Source: Candidatus Rariloculaceae bacterium
GTDB taxonomy: Bacteria; Pseudomonadota; Gammaproteobacteria; Steroidobacterales; Rariloculaceae
Direction of reading: 5' to 3'
DNA length: 64,000 nt
Assembly: GCA_965223375.1 (NCBI GenBank)
Contig: OZ245000.1
Span: 275,062 to 339,061, forward strand
Shown: positions 31,774-41,287 of the stretch, piece after piece
Numbering within the stretch: the first letter of the stretch is position 1
Layout of the letters: every line of letters starts with the position of its first letter
Notes under the pieces: generated by a model
What the model saw: only the letters and a program-made list of their open reading frames with translations
Databases searched by the model: none
What the model was told of the DNA's origin: nothing
Translations under genes and position numbers: made by a program

Positions 31774-33522
31774 ATGACAAGCCAAGACCACGAACAGGTC
31801 ACGCCACGCGAAGTGTTCTCCGCGATATTCAGGATCCTCGGTCCGGAGTCAACCTTCTATTCGCTCACGATAGTCTACGGGATAGGCATCAGCATTCTGT
31901 CGCTGGCGACGCCGATCTCGGTTCAGATGTTGATCAATACCGTGGCAAACACCGGGCTTACGGTTTCTCTGGTCGTGCTGACCGCGTCGTTGTTCGGGCT
32001 GGTGTTGCTCTCCGGACTCCTGAACGCCCTCCGACTTCACGTCATGGACCTGTTCCAACGACGCTTCTACGCGCGCATGGTCTCGGAGATCGCACTCAAG
32101 TCCATCTACGCGCTGAACCCCTTCTTCGAGGACCAACGGCTGAGCTCGTTATTCAACCGTTACTTCGACATCATCATTGTTCAGAAGAACCTGCCGAACC
32201 TGATGATTGGCGGCTTTACCATCGTTCTGCAGACCGCAGTAGGCCTCATACTCGTATCTCTCTATCACCCGCTCTTTCTACTGTTTAACCTCGTGCTGAT
32301 CGGTCTGGTCTGGCTCATCTGGCTGGCCTGGGGCCGCCGAGCAATTCGAAGTGCGATCCAGGTTTCGCACGCGAAACACACCACTGCCGGCTGGCTCGAA
32401 AACCTCGCCGAATCCAATGGCTTCTTCAAGTCGGAGCGGCACATCTCTGTCGCGCTCGATCGAACGGAATCCGTCACCAGCAAGTATATCCACGCACACG
32501 AGCACCACTTCGGGCACCACTACGCGCAAACACTGAGTTTTCTGTTTCTGTACGCACTCGCCAGCGCATCATTGCTCGGCCTCGGCGGTTGGCTCGTCAT
32601 TCAGGGCGAGCTATCGCTCGGGCAGCTGGTGGCTGCAGAACTCGTCCTGTCCGTTGCTTTTTTCGGTGTTTCACAGCTCGGCACGTATCTGGCGTATTTC
32701 TACGAGCTTTGCGGAGCGATCGACGAATTGTCACTTTTCGACAAGGTCGACCAGGAAGACGAATCGGGTAAGGACGTTCGGCTCGAAAGCTCGTCGCTCG
32801 GTGTATATCGGGCTGGAACCAGAGCACTTCGGGGCTCGAAGCTGGATTTCGAGCTGCCCGCAGGTGCCCGCGTAATGGGAATTGCGGAGAGCCACATCGT
32901 GCAGCGCGGCCTGGCGGACCTGCTGCGGCGCTACGAGCAACCCGTGGATGGCTACCTCACCGTGGGCGGAGTCGACATACAGGGCATCGCGCCGCACTCA
33001 CTGAGACAACAGGTGATCTACCTGGCGAGACCCACAATCGTCGAAATGACGATGCGCGAATATCTCGATCTGAGCGGCGCCAGTAGCGACAACAAACGCA
33101 CGATGGAGGTGCTTTCCGCGGTCGGCCTCACCGAAGCGCTCGGCCGACTGCCCAGCGGCATGGATACGCGTCTTTCGGTGTCCGGTTGGCCGCTGTCGCT
33201 CGCGGACACGATGAAGCTTCGTCTGGCCTCCGCGATCATCGCTGATCCGCGAGTCCTCGTTCTGAACCAACTCTTCGATGCAGTGCCGGACAGCGTGATC
33301 CGGACTTCGCTGGACCTCGTGCAAGATCAAAGCGACACGCTCGTGATCTACTTCACCGGAAGGACGCGAGAGCTCGGTTTCGACCACTTCATGTATCTGG
33401 GTCATGAGGGTCAGTTCGTATACGACTCGTTCGATGCGTTCAGGTCACACCTGGTTGATGGAGAACTACCCGCCGGGTCGGCGGTCGAACACGACGAGAA
33501 TCCCCTGCCTTCGCCATCCTGA
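31774..33522 (+). CDS. T1SS-type ABC exporter with a degenerate ATPase domain
   Basis: ABC transmembrane domain (LSLGQLVAAE); C-terminal NBD-like region with no intact Walker A/B. Confidence 0.75.
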   Translation: MTSQDHEQVTPREVFSAIFRILGPESTFYSLTIVYGIGISILSLATPISVQMLINTVANTGLTVSLVVLTASLFGLVLLSGLLNALRLHVMDLFQRRFYARMVSEIALKSIYALNPFFEDQRLSSLFNRYFDIIIVQKNLPNLMIGGFTIVLQTAVGLILVSLYHPLFLLFNLVLIGLVWLIWLAWGRRAIRSAIQVSHAKHTTAGWLENLAESNGFFKSERHISVALDRTESVTSKYIHAHEHHFGHHYAQTLSFLFLYALASASLLGLGGWLVIQGELSLGQLVAAELVLSVAFFGVSQLGTYLAYFYELCGAIDELSLFDKVDQEDESGKDVRLESSSLGVYRAGTRALRGSKLDFELPAGARVMGIAESHIVQRGLADLLRRYEQPVDGYLTVGGVDIQGIAPHSLRQQVIYLARPTIVEMTMREYLDLSGASSDNKRTMEVLSAVGLTEALGRLPSGMDTRLSVSGWPLSLADTMKLRLASAIIADPRVLVLNQLFDAVPDSVIRTSLDLVQDQSDTLVIYFTGRTRELGFDHFMYLGHEGQFVYDSFDAFRSHLVDGELPAGSAVEHDENPLPSPS

Positions 33523-33536
33523 AAACACGCCGAGCG

Positions 33537-34568
33537 ATGACGATCCACGACAAACACAGCAAGCACTTTCAGACACTACGGTCGATTCGGGTTCCACGGG
33601 TTTCGCGTGTCGTGGCGTGGATGGTTCTGTTCACGGCCATGGCGACCGCTGCATTCCTGGTATTCGTTCCCTGGGTGCAGACGACTTATGGCGCCGGGTC
33701 GGTCATAGCGCTCAACCCGAACGACCGGGTTCAGGAAATCAATGCGCTGGTCGCCGGGCGCAAGCAGGAATGGTTTGTCAGAGACGGCAGCCATGTCGCC
33801 GCCGGCGACCCGATCGTCCGAATCGCTGATATCGATCCGAACCTCATCGACCGGCTCCAGGCGGAGCGGGAGCAGGTTCTCGCGAGGCTTCGATCCTCGG
33901 AAATCGCCGTGGCGACAGCAGAGATCGATTTGAATCGGACCAGGGATCTGTTCGAGCAAGGGTTGGCAGCGAGGCGCGAGTATGAACAGGCCAGCATCAG
34001 AGTCGAAGAACTTCGGACTCTCGTCGCCGAGGCCTCTGCTGAGCTGAGCCGCGTTGACGTCAATTTCTCGCGTCAGTCCGTGCAGATCGTGCGAGCACCT
34101 AGAGACGGCGTCATTCTGCGGGTCAACGCCGGCGACTCGGCCACGGTAGTCGATGCGGGCGATGTGGTCGCGACATTCGTGCCGGACAATGTAGAGCGCG
34201 CGGTCGAGTTGTTTGTCGACGGACGCGATATCGGGCTCGTACGAACGGGTGCGAACGTTCGGTTGCAATTCGAGGGCTGGCCCGTAGTGCAATTCAGCGG
34301 CTGGCCGTCGATCGCGATCGGCACGTTTGGCGGGATTATTACGGCGGTCGATCCGTCGGCGACCACGGCCGGTCGCTTTCGTGTTCTCGTGATCGAAGAC
34401 CCGGATGACCCCAACCCGTGGCCCGATCAGAATTTCGTGCGCTTCGGATCGAACGCCAGGGGCTGGATCCTGCTGGAGACCGTTCCGACCGGTTTCGAGC
34501 TATGGCGTCAACTCAACAACTTTCCGGCCAACCTTCCGCCGGACAGTCCGCAGGCAGGCCAATCGTGA
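33537..34568 (+). CDS. HlyD-family periplasmic adaptor
   Basis: Single TM, lipoyl-like halves, coiled coil, VRAPRDG, RLQFEGWP..QFSGWP. Confidence 0.88.
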   Translation: MTIHDKHSKHFQTLRSIRVPRVSRVVAWMVLFTAMATAAFLVFVPWVQTTYGAGSVIALNPNDRVQEINALVAGRKQEWFVRDGSHVAAGDPIVRIADIDPNLIDRLQAEREQVLARLRSSEIAVATAEIDLNRTRDLFEQGLAARREYEQASIRVEELRTLVAEASAELSRVDVNFSRQSVQIVRAPRDGVILRVNAGDSATVVDAGDVVATFVPDNVERAVELFVDGRDIGLVRTGANVRLQFEGWPVVQFSGWPSIAIGTFGGIITAVDPSATTAGRFRVLVIEDPDDPNPWPDQNFVRFGSNARGWILLETVPTGFELWRQLNNFPANLPPDSPQAGQS

Positions 34569-36037
34569 GCCTTGCCGTGCGGAGGCGGCCAAGCACCGGA
34601 ATGTTCGCGTTTTTGTCGATAGTCGTGCTGATTTTTTTGCTGCCCGGACCTTCTCCGGCGCAAGCGCAGACGCTTACGGTCGACGAAGTCCTTGCGTCTT
34701 CGAACTCGCACTTTCCGGGCGTACTCGCAAGCCTCGCTGACCGGCGCGGGGCCAGGGGCGCCGTCCTGGAGGCCGACGGCCAGTTCGACCTCGTGTTCAC
34801 CGCAGGCGGGTTCAGCCGAACAGCCGGCTTCTGGGACGGCACGATGGCAACGGGCGGCCTGCGCCAGAACCTCAGCCCGCTGGGCGGCGAGCTCTATCTG
34901 GACTATCGGCTTTCGGATGGCCGCTTCCCGATCTATGAAGACAGTTACTTCACCAATGACCGGGGTGAACTAAAGGTCGGGATCCTGTTCTCGTTATTCC
35001 GCGACCGCCGAATCGATGATCGCCGCTTCGGGCTGACCGACTCCCGTCTTGCCCTTCGGGAAGCGGATCTCGATCTGTTGCTCACCCGTATCGGCGTTCA
35101 ACAGCGCGCCCTGATAGCCTACTGGCGCTGGGTAATCTACGGATACGAGTTGGCTGTGTATGAAGACCTCTTGGCGATAGCACTTGATCGGGCGAGCGGC
35201 CTCGAGGAAGAAGTCAGCAGCGGCGCGCGCGCAGAGATCTTCCTTACCGAAAACCTGCTGAACATTACCAATCGCCGGCGCCTCGCGACGGCTGCAGAGC
35301 GCAACTTCCAGATCGCCACTAACGATCTCACGCTCTACTATCGCGATGACGGCGGCGGCTCGATAAGGCCCGGCCGCGAGCTACTGCCGCCTCCGCCACC
35401 CGTCGGTGACGTCGAGGACCTTTCAATCGACGACGCGGAGCCTGTTCCCAACGCGCTGGCGCGTCGGCCGGAGGTTCAGTTGCTGCGCACCGAGATCGAG
35501 CGGGCGAGAAACCGCGTTGCGCTGGCAGAGAACGAGCTCAGGCCGCGTGTGGATCTCAATGTGGAGGTCTCGGAGGACTTCGGGAGTATCGCCGAGGGCG
35601 GCGCTTCCAGAGATTCCACTGACACGATAATCGGCGTCTCGTTCAACGTCCCGTTGCAGCAACGCATTGCCCGCGGCCGAATGGCCCGCCAGCAGGCGGC
35701 GGTCGACTCACTCCAGGAGCAGCGCCAGCTGCAACAGGATCAGATCGAGATCGAAGTGCGGAAAATCATGCTCGAAATGGAAGTCGCCGAAGAAATGGTG
35801 CGTCTGGCAGAACAGGAAGTGGCGCAGGCCGAAATGATGGCGGACGCCGAGCGGCGCCGCTTTGATGGCGGCGCGAGTGACTTCTTCCTGGTCAATATTC
35901 GCGAAGAGACCGCTGCGAACGCCCGCGTCAGGTATTACGAGGCCGATCTGTCGCGCCGCGTTGCCCGCGCAAACTACGATGCGGCCACCGTCAATCTCGA
36001 TCGGCTGGGAATCGACGAATCGGCCTTTCCGGAGTGA
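34565..36037 (+). CDS. TolC-family outer membrane protein
   Basis: Signal peptide; VSFNVPLQQR; ERRRFDGGASDFFLVN; GTGA overlap with hlyD. Confidence 0.88.
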   Translation: MSLAVRRRPSTGMFAFLSIVVLIFLLPGPSPAQAQTLTVDEVLASSNSHFPGVLASLADRRGARGAVLEADGQFDLVFTAGGFSRTAGFWDGTMATGGLRQNLSPLGGELYLDYRLSDGRFPIYEDSYFTNDRGELKVGILFSLFRDRRIDDRRFGLTDSRLALREADLDLLLTRIGVQQRALIAYWRWVIYGYELAVYEDLLAIALDRASGLEEEVSSGARAEIFLTENLLNITNRRRLATAAERNFQIATNDLTLYYRDDGGGSIRPGRELLPPPPPVGDVEDLSIDDAEPVPNALARRPEVQLLRTEIERARNRVALAENELRPRVDLNVEVSEDFGSIAEGGASRDSTDTIIGVSFNVPLQQRIARGRMARQQAAVDSLQEQRQLQQDQIEIEVRKIMLEMEVAEEMVRLAEQEVAQAEMMADAERRRFDGGASDFFLVNIREETAANARVRYYEADLSRRVARANYDAATVNLDRLGIDESAFPE

Positions 36038-36168
36038 CGCCCGGACATTCGGCCGCACTACAACGTCGGAATCGAGCCGGTGGAACCTGCCGCATCCCCC
36101 ATGCTCGCTCCAGACCTTGAACTGTTACCTGCTCCGAGCGCATTGTCGGTCTACAGTACGCGATTGTC

Positions 36169-37386
36169 ATGAAAGACATCGAACAGCTGATCCGGTCCGG
36201 CAGTGCAGGCACCGAGCTCATTCTTCGGGAGGCCTTGTACGGCGCGGACGAAGACGCGGCGGTCATCGCGGATTGCCTGGCGCTCGCCAATGCGGAGAGC
36301 CGGTTTCCGTTCCGGTACGTGGTCTTCGGAATCGATGACACGATGGATGACGAACACCGGTTTGTCGGCGTACGCAAAGACGAGCTGGTAACTTTCAAGC
36401 GACGCTTCCTGACATTGATTGCAGATGGCATCGAGCCCGAGCTCCGGGCAACGGTGCGCGCGATCCGAATCGACAACCTGCTGTTCGGCTTCATCCGGAT
36501 AGAGGACTGCGTTCAGCGGCCATACCTGACGAAGCGTCCCATCGCCCCCGGTATGCCGGCCGGCGTCGGAATCACGCGTCGAGGCGCCGGCAATCTGGCG
36601 TTGACGCGGAGCGCTTTGCAGCGGCTGTTCGCCAATTCAGCAAACGTGTCACGCACGCCGCACGGAATCACGATCGGGTTTCCCGGTGACCCGCTGCTGC
36701 GAGAGCTCTCGCTGCCAGTGCTGGCTCTGAAGGAGTTGCCGTCGGAGATCGCCGCCGCCAAGCTTCGGGCCCTGCTCCACGCGACCGATCAGCAACGCGA
36801 GCAATTCGGAGGTACTCAGACGCACATTATGCGTCTCGTGCACGCGAAGCTCTTTGGCGCGCATGAGCCGTACAACAGGCGCTCAGATGACTCCCTGGCA
36901 GAGAAACTCGCGTCAGTTGCCAGAGACTACAGCGCTGCCGACGAGCACTACCTCTACGAGAAACGCGCACACAAAATCAACCTGGTGATCGACCATCGAG
37001 GCGATGCCCCACTTTCCAATGTCTCGATCAGGCTGACCACAGGGCAACTCCCGGGCTTCGGTATTGCGGATCGCATCTATCCGGAGCCCGATGGTGCACG
37101 CGCCGCCTCCGGCTACCCGCAGGTGCTCGACGAGAATTACTCCACCGTTGTCGCAGAGGAACTCGGGACACTCCATCCCCGGCAGAGTAGCAACGTCTTT
37201 CGCGAACCGCTGCGCGTCTGGACTCGTGAGCAGGCGGCAGGCAGGACTCCGTTGCTCGAGTATCGACTCACCGCGGACGAGCTGGCCGAGCCGTTGACGG
37301 GATATCTGACAATCCGCATCGTGAAGCCAGCGGCGAAAGCCCCCAGTGCCGTGGCAGAAGTCGTCGAACGGTTGTCGTCGGGCTGA
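36169..37386 (+). CDS. Protein with an N-terminal AlbA_2 (Schlafen-like) domain
   Basis: DCLALANA...YVVFGIDD...FVGV pattern; C-terminal region not recognised. Confidence 0.6.
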   Translation: MKDIEQLIRSGSAGTELILREALYGADEDAAVIADCLALANAESRFPFRYVVFGIDDTMDDEHRFVGVRKDELVTFKRRFLTLIADGIEPELRATVRAIRIDNLLFGFIRIEDCVQRPYLTKRPIAPGMPAGVGITRRGAGNLALTRSALQRLFANSANVSRTPHGITIGFPGDPLLRELSLPVLALKELPSEIAAAKLRALLHATDQQREQFGGTQTHIMRLVHAKLFGAHEPYNRRSDDSLAEKLASVARDYSAADEHYLYEKRAHKINLVIDHRGDAPLSNVSIRLTTGQLPGFGIADRIYPEPDGARAASGYPQVLDENYSTVVAEELGTLHPRQSSNVFREPLRVWTREQAAGRTPLLEYRLTADELAEPLTGYLTIRIVKPAAKAPSAVAEVVERLSSG

Positions 37387-37562
37387 GCGGCGTCCGCGCA
37401 GTGGGCCCGAAAAGTGCCTCTGGTAGCCCTGATCGTACTTATTTCGGATCTTCTGGCGCCGTCAGGCTCCGCAATGTAGCTGTTGCACCATCGTCGCAGG
37501 AATGACGAAGATAGGCGCGAACCGACGAGATATTCCCTATTAAAGCAACAGGTTATGAATCG

Positions 37563-37586
37563 TTGGCGGAGGTGGATGGGAATCGA
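37563..37586 (-). repeat. att core: 24-bp copy of the tRNA-Sec 3' end
   Basis: ttggcggaggtggatgggaatcga is identical to 46335-46358. Confidence 0.92.
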
Positions 37587-37607
37587 GATAACTCGAAGGC
37601 TCCGCCA

Positions 37608-37620
37608 TAACCTATTGATT
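37608..37620 (-). promoter_or_regulatory. IHF-consensus site in the att arm
   Basis: TAACCTATTGATT is the reverse complement of WATCAA-N4-TTR and lies 21 bp inside the att core. Confidence 0.55.
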
Positions 37621-37830
37621 TTTAATATTATGTCTTCGCCGACCGAGAACCGAAAAGACGATTCTTGTACAAGCTGATCGTACTAGATTTGTACATTCCG
37701 AGACTACCAATCTCAGCACAGGAATGCCCCAGTAAGGCCCCTCACAACCCATATCCGTCGATTCTTTGCGGATGCGAATAGTAGTAGGTTTCGGCTATGC
37801 GATTTCAATGGCTGTTTAGCGGGATGATCC

Positions 37831-38910
37831 TCAATTCGTCCATGAATAGCTTGGTGAGTAGCCGTCAATCCACTTCGATACGAAGAAACTATCGACAGCA
37901 GCGGCCGCCAGTCCGAGCCCCCAATCGACGGACGATGCCAACGCCGTCACGCCGAAACGCATACTTGTAACTGGCAACGAACGTGAACGCCGCTTGCCAA
38001 TAGCATCAGAGTAGAGCTGGCGTAACTCAACGGGATCATCGACCTCGACGCCTGAAAGCCAACCCCGAAATCTCTCGGCCTTTCGCGTGGACCGAATCGT
38101 CAACAAATCGAACAGAGAAATTTCTCCGCATTCTATGGCGGGGCGAACGTCCGGGATTCCATCGATCGAGAGTATTGTCATGAAGTTTTCGGCAAGCTTC
38201 TCGGCTTCTATCGACCTGCGTACTTTATGCTGAAGTAACTGACTCGTTCCTCCTGGCAGGTTCAGATGAAATTCCTTCTCAGCGGCCATCGTAATCTCAG
38301 AATTTATCTCAGCTACCCTGACAACAAGATCGACGCCGTCCGTGACGGGAGCAGCCGATGGCATTCTTACGACGTTTCCAAGATTTGCCAATGAATTGAA
38401 GGCGATTTGCTCGCTCGCAGGAACACTCTCAAGCAGATATAACGCGTGATTGAGTTCAGCAATGGTAGAGAAGTCACGGAGTGTTTCTTCCTTATAGTCG
38501 TAACCCTTGGGTTCATAGGAGACCTTCACAACATCATCTATGAGTTCCGACTTTGAAAGCTTACTGAGGGTCGGAAACATGTTGTCGATCTGAGCTTCGA
38601 CTGCACTCTCCAGCTCGCCCCATCGAGCTTGCTGATACCAGTTCTCCCAGCCATTGGCTGGGCGCTCCACGTAACAACGCGTCAATCCGAGCCCATTCCC
38701 ACCATATGCGACATGCGATCGAAGCCACGCGAACTGCACTGCACCGGACCAGAGAAGGTATCGCAACCCGCCTAAGCCACACCATTCGGCCAATATGGCG
38801 ATTACTCCGAAATCTTTTGTCGGGATCACTATGCTGTCATACAACAAGAGCTGCCATGCTAGATGGGATCGGTTCGTAGGTGTGGTAAGAAACTGCCGAT
38901 TTAGCTCCAT
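37831..38910 (-). CDS. Island hypothetical protein, possibly frameshifted at the C-terminus
   Basis: Long ORF with GAAGGAGGA RBS before MELNRQ; hydrophobic C-terminal segment. Confidence 0.65.
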   Translation of the reverse strand: MELNRQFLTTPTNRSHLAWQLLLYDSIVIPTKDFGVIAILAEWCGLGGLRYLLWSGAVQFAWLRSHVAYGGNGLGLTRCYVERPANGWENWYQQARWGELESAVEAQIDNMFPTLSKLSKSELIDDVVKVSYEPKGYDYKEETLRDFSTIAELNHALYLLESVPASEQIAFNSLANLGNVVRMPSAAPVTDGVDLVVRVAEINSEITMAAEKEFHLNLPGGTSQLLQHKVRRSIEAEKLAENFMTILSIDGIPDVRPAIECGEISLFDLLTIRSTRKAERFRGWLSGVEVDDPVELRQLYSDAIGKRRSRSLPVTSMRFGVTALASSVDWGLGLAAAAVDSFFVSKWIDGYSPSYSWTN

Positions 38911-39176
38911 TCCTCCTTCGAGCTGAAGCCGAATTAGTAACCGGCTGTCCCATATGGTGCTCATTGACTTCGACCGCCGCGCCACTCAGTAGGAATCACC
39001 GTCACTGATTCAGTGCTCGTGCCACGGCCGTCTAACGCACAATAGTGATCGAAGCCCAAACGAGTCATTATCAGCAAGATTTTCCTCTGCACCCGTTGAA
39101 TCGGTGGAGTATATTCTGATCGATCAACCCCGCCGCATCGAGCGTAGCTAATCAATTCGCCGCACCAAACCAAGGC

Positions 39177-40091
39177 ATGCAAGCCTTTTCGGGAATGCTG
39201 ATGCTAACGCCAGCTGAACTGCAGTCGGCCCTCGCGACAGTGGATACAGTCGCGGCTCATATCAATGCTGGCGGACAAAAGGTGGTATATCCATGCTCTA
39301 TCGACCATTCGACATACGCACTCAAGGTCATCGAGTTGCCCCCGATTTCGAGCGAGGATGACGAGGCAAACAGGGAATCGATTCGACTTAGAGTCGCCCG
39401 CGAGATCGAAATCATGCGGGAAATCGAGAATCATCATTTAGTCCAGCCGGGTCCGCTAGGCTTGGAGCAGATTTCCGTCAGCGGCGTCGATTTTTTTTGC
39501 TTCACTGAAGAATGGATCGATGGCCAAAACTTATTTGAAATCTGTCAGAACGCCGGGAATCTAACCGTTAACGATTGCCTAACAATGGCATCCGAGGTTA
39601 ACGGGGTTATCAGCGAGCTGTGGGAACACTCGTTCTTGCATCGCGATATTTCGATGAAGAACGTAATGCGGCGAGACAATGGGCAGTATGTTCTGATCGA
39701 CTTGGGTTACGCATTCGATTTTCTTGGCGTCTCGCTGACTCAGCACCCAGGCCCGCCAGGTACTCTCCACTTCATGGCGCCCGAGAGGTTCGATTTGTCC
39801 AAGAAGCGCGAACTCGACCATCGCTCAGACCAATTCTCCCTAGGCGTCGTGTCTTATGCAGCATTAACAGGACAGCATCCGTATGCTCAGGCTGGAATGA
39901 GCGGAGACGATTACGTTCACGTGCTATGCAATGGAAACGGCGCCCCCGCTGCTCCGAGTGCGTTCGTACCGGATATTGCCCCAGCTGTAGATAGGTTCAT
40001 AATTCGACTTGTATCACGACATCGCCATATGCGATTTCCATCATGCGCAGCCGTACAACGTGCGCTTGAGTCGTTGGCAGAAGGTGCTTAG
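39177..40091 (+). CDS. Hanks-type Ser/Thr protein kinase, soluble, single domain
   Basis: GGQKVVY loop, YALK, REIE, HRDISMKN, DLG, GTLHFMAPE, DQFSLG. Confidence 0.9.
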   Translation: MQAFSGMLMLTPAELQSALATVDTVAAHINAGGQKVVYPCSIDHSTYALKVIELPPISSEDDEANRESIRLRVAREIEIMREIENHHLVQPGPLGLEQISVSGVDFFCFTEEWIDGQNLFEICQNAGNLTVNDCLTMASEVNGVISELWEHSFLHRDISMKNVMRRDNGQYVLIDLGYAFDFLGVSLTQHPGPPGTLHFMAPERFDLSKKRELDHRSDQFSLGVVSYAALTGQHPYAQAGMSGDDYVHVLCNGNGAPAAPSAFVPDIAPAVDRFIIRLVSRHRHMRFPSCAAVQRALESLAEGA

Positions 40092-40093
40092 CA

Positions 40094-41287
40094 ATGCTGC
40101 TCCTGGCGCAACAAGGATACGGTCGCTCCGACAAGATCGAGCGAGGAATGCGAGACGGCAGTCTGTCTGGAGTAATTCTGAGCCCACGGGATACTGCCGC
40201 GGAATCTCTACAGTCGTTTATTGAGTCATTGCGATCGGAGTTCGGTAGCGATCTAGAGGTTCTGTTCGATCCGCAGTTCTTCGCCTCCGTGCTTCCTGAT
40301 GCTACGGATAGGCACCTACCAGAATATCCGTACTATCGACCAGGCCTTCGAAGATCGAGCTTCTTGTCAGCTTCACACGTATCGCGATTTGTCCGCAATA
40401 CAATCGAGTATCAGGCGTCGCTTGACTTGACATCTGTTATTTCCCCGACCGTCTTGTTTGACAATTTTTCGGAGTCGTCTTGCCAGACCGCTTTACAACT
40501 CGCCGCCGAGTCTTGTTCTGCATACGCAGATATCGGTCCGGATCAGCACCTACTACTCGGATTTGTAATGGGCGAGGCGGCTGTTGCTGATACCGACTCC
40601 GTATACGAGTTCTTAGACATCACAACAGGGTGGGAAGCCGACGGATTCTATATCGTAATTGAGCCAACAAATACTCGGTATCCAAACACAATCGACAGCG
40701 AGCGGCTGGCGAACCTGATGTACATCATCTACTCGCTCGCCGAAGTAAACGAGAAAGAGGTCGTGCTTGGCTACGCTGACTTTGAAGGGTTACTCTTCGG
40801 TGCCGCAGGTGCGACATCCATGGCTACTGGATGGTACTCAGGACTACGGCAGTTCTCCCGAACCCGGTGGCTACCGTCCACTGGCGGGCGAGCACCGAAC
40901 CCGAGATACTCTTCCGCGCCTCTCTTGAACTCAATTACCGTCGTACCCGAACTGCTTGCTGCATACAGAGTTGGGCGCACCGATGCGTGCTTGAGTGATA
41001 CCGATTATGATGTTGGATTCCGAGACGACAACCCGGCCGATGTGCCTTGGGGGCGTCCGGAGCAAACCTTGCAGCACTGGGCGGTGTTGGCGGCGCTAAT
41101 CGACCAGACTGATTCTTCCGACTGTACAGATCGTCTAAGACTGGTGCGTGAACTAATCGACAATGCTATTGATGTCTATGAAGAACTGGAGGACCAAGGC
41201 GTCACCTTCGATGGACCCACGGGTCCCGCTCGGCTCGCACTTTGGTCTCAGGCGATAGACCGATTTTCGGAACTTGCTGGGCTATGA
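40094..41287 (+). CDS. Hypothetical protein, probable TIM barrel (sce7725/T4-Beta-like by recollection)
   Basis: Starts 2 nt after the kinase stop; alternating beta/alpha pattern with GVILSP, LFDPQF, VISPT, GFYIV and ATGWYSGLRQF..GGR segments. Confidence 0.6.
   Translation: MLLLAQQGYGRSDKIERGMRDGSLSGVILSPRDTAAESLQSFIESLRSEFGSDLEVLFDPQFFASVLPDATDRHLPEYPYYRPGLRRSSFLSASHVSRFVRNTIEYQASLDLTSVISPTVLFDNFSESSCQTALQLAAESCSAYADIGPDQHLLLGFVMGEAAVADTDSVYEFLDITTGWEADGFYIVIEPTNTRYPNTIDSERLANLMYIIYSLAEVNEKEVVLGYADFEGLLFGAAGATSMATGWYSGLRQFSRTRWLPSTGGRAPNPRYSSAPLLNSITVVPELLAAYRVGRTDACLSDTDYDVGFRDDNPADVPWGRPEQTLQHWAVLAALIDQTDSSDCTDRLRLVRELIDNAIDVYEELEDQGVTFDGPTGPARLALWSQAIDRFSELAGL

Noticed and set aside
37563-37620. 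Second tRNA-Sec gene
   Set aside because: Only the 3' 24 bp match; there is no anticodon or D arm.
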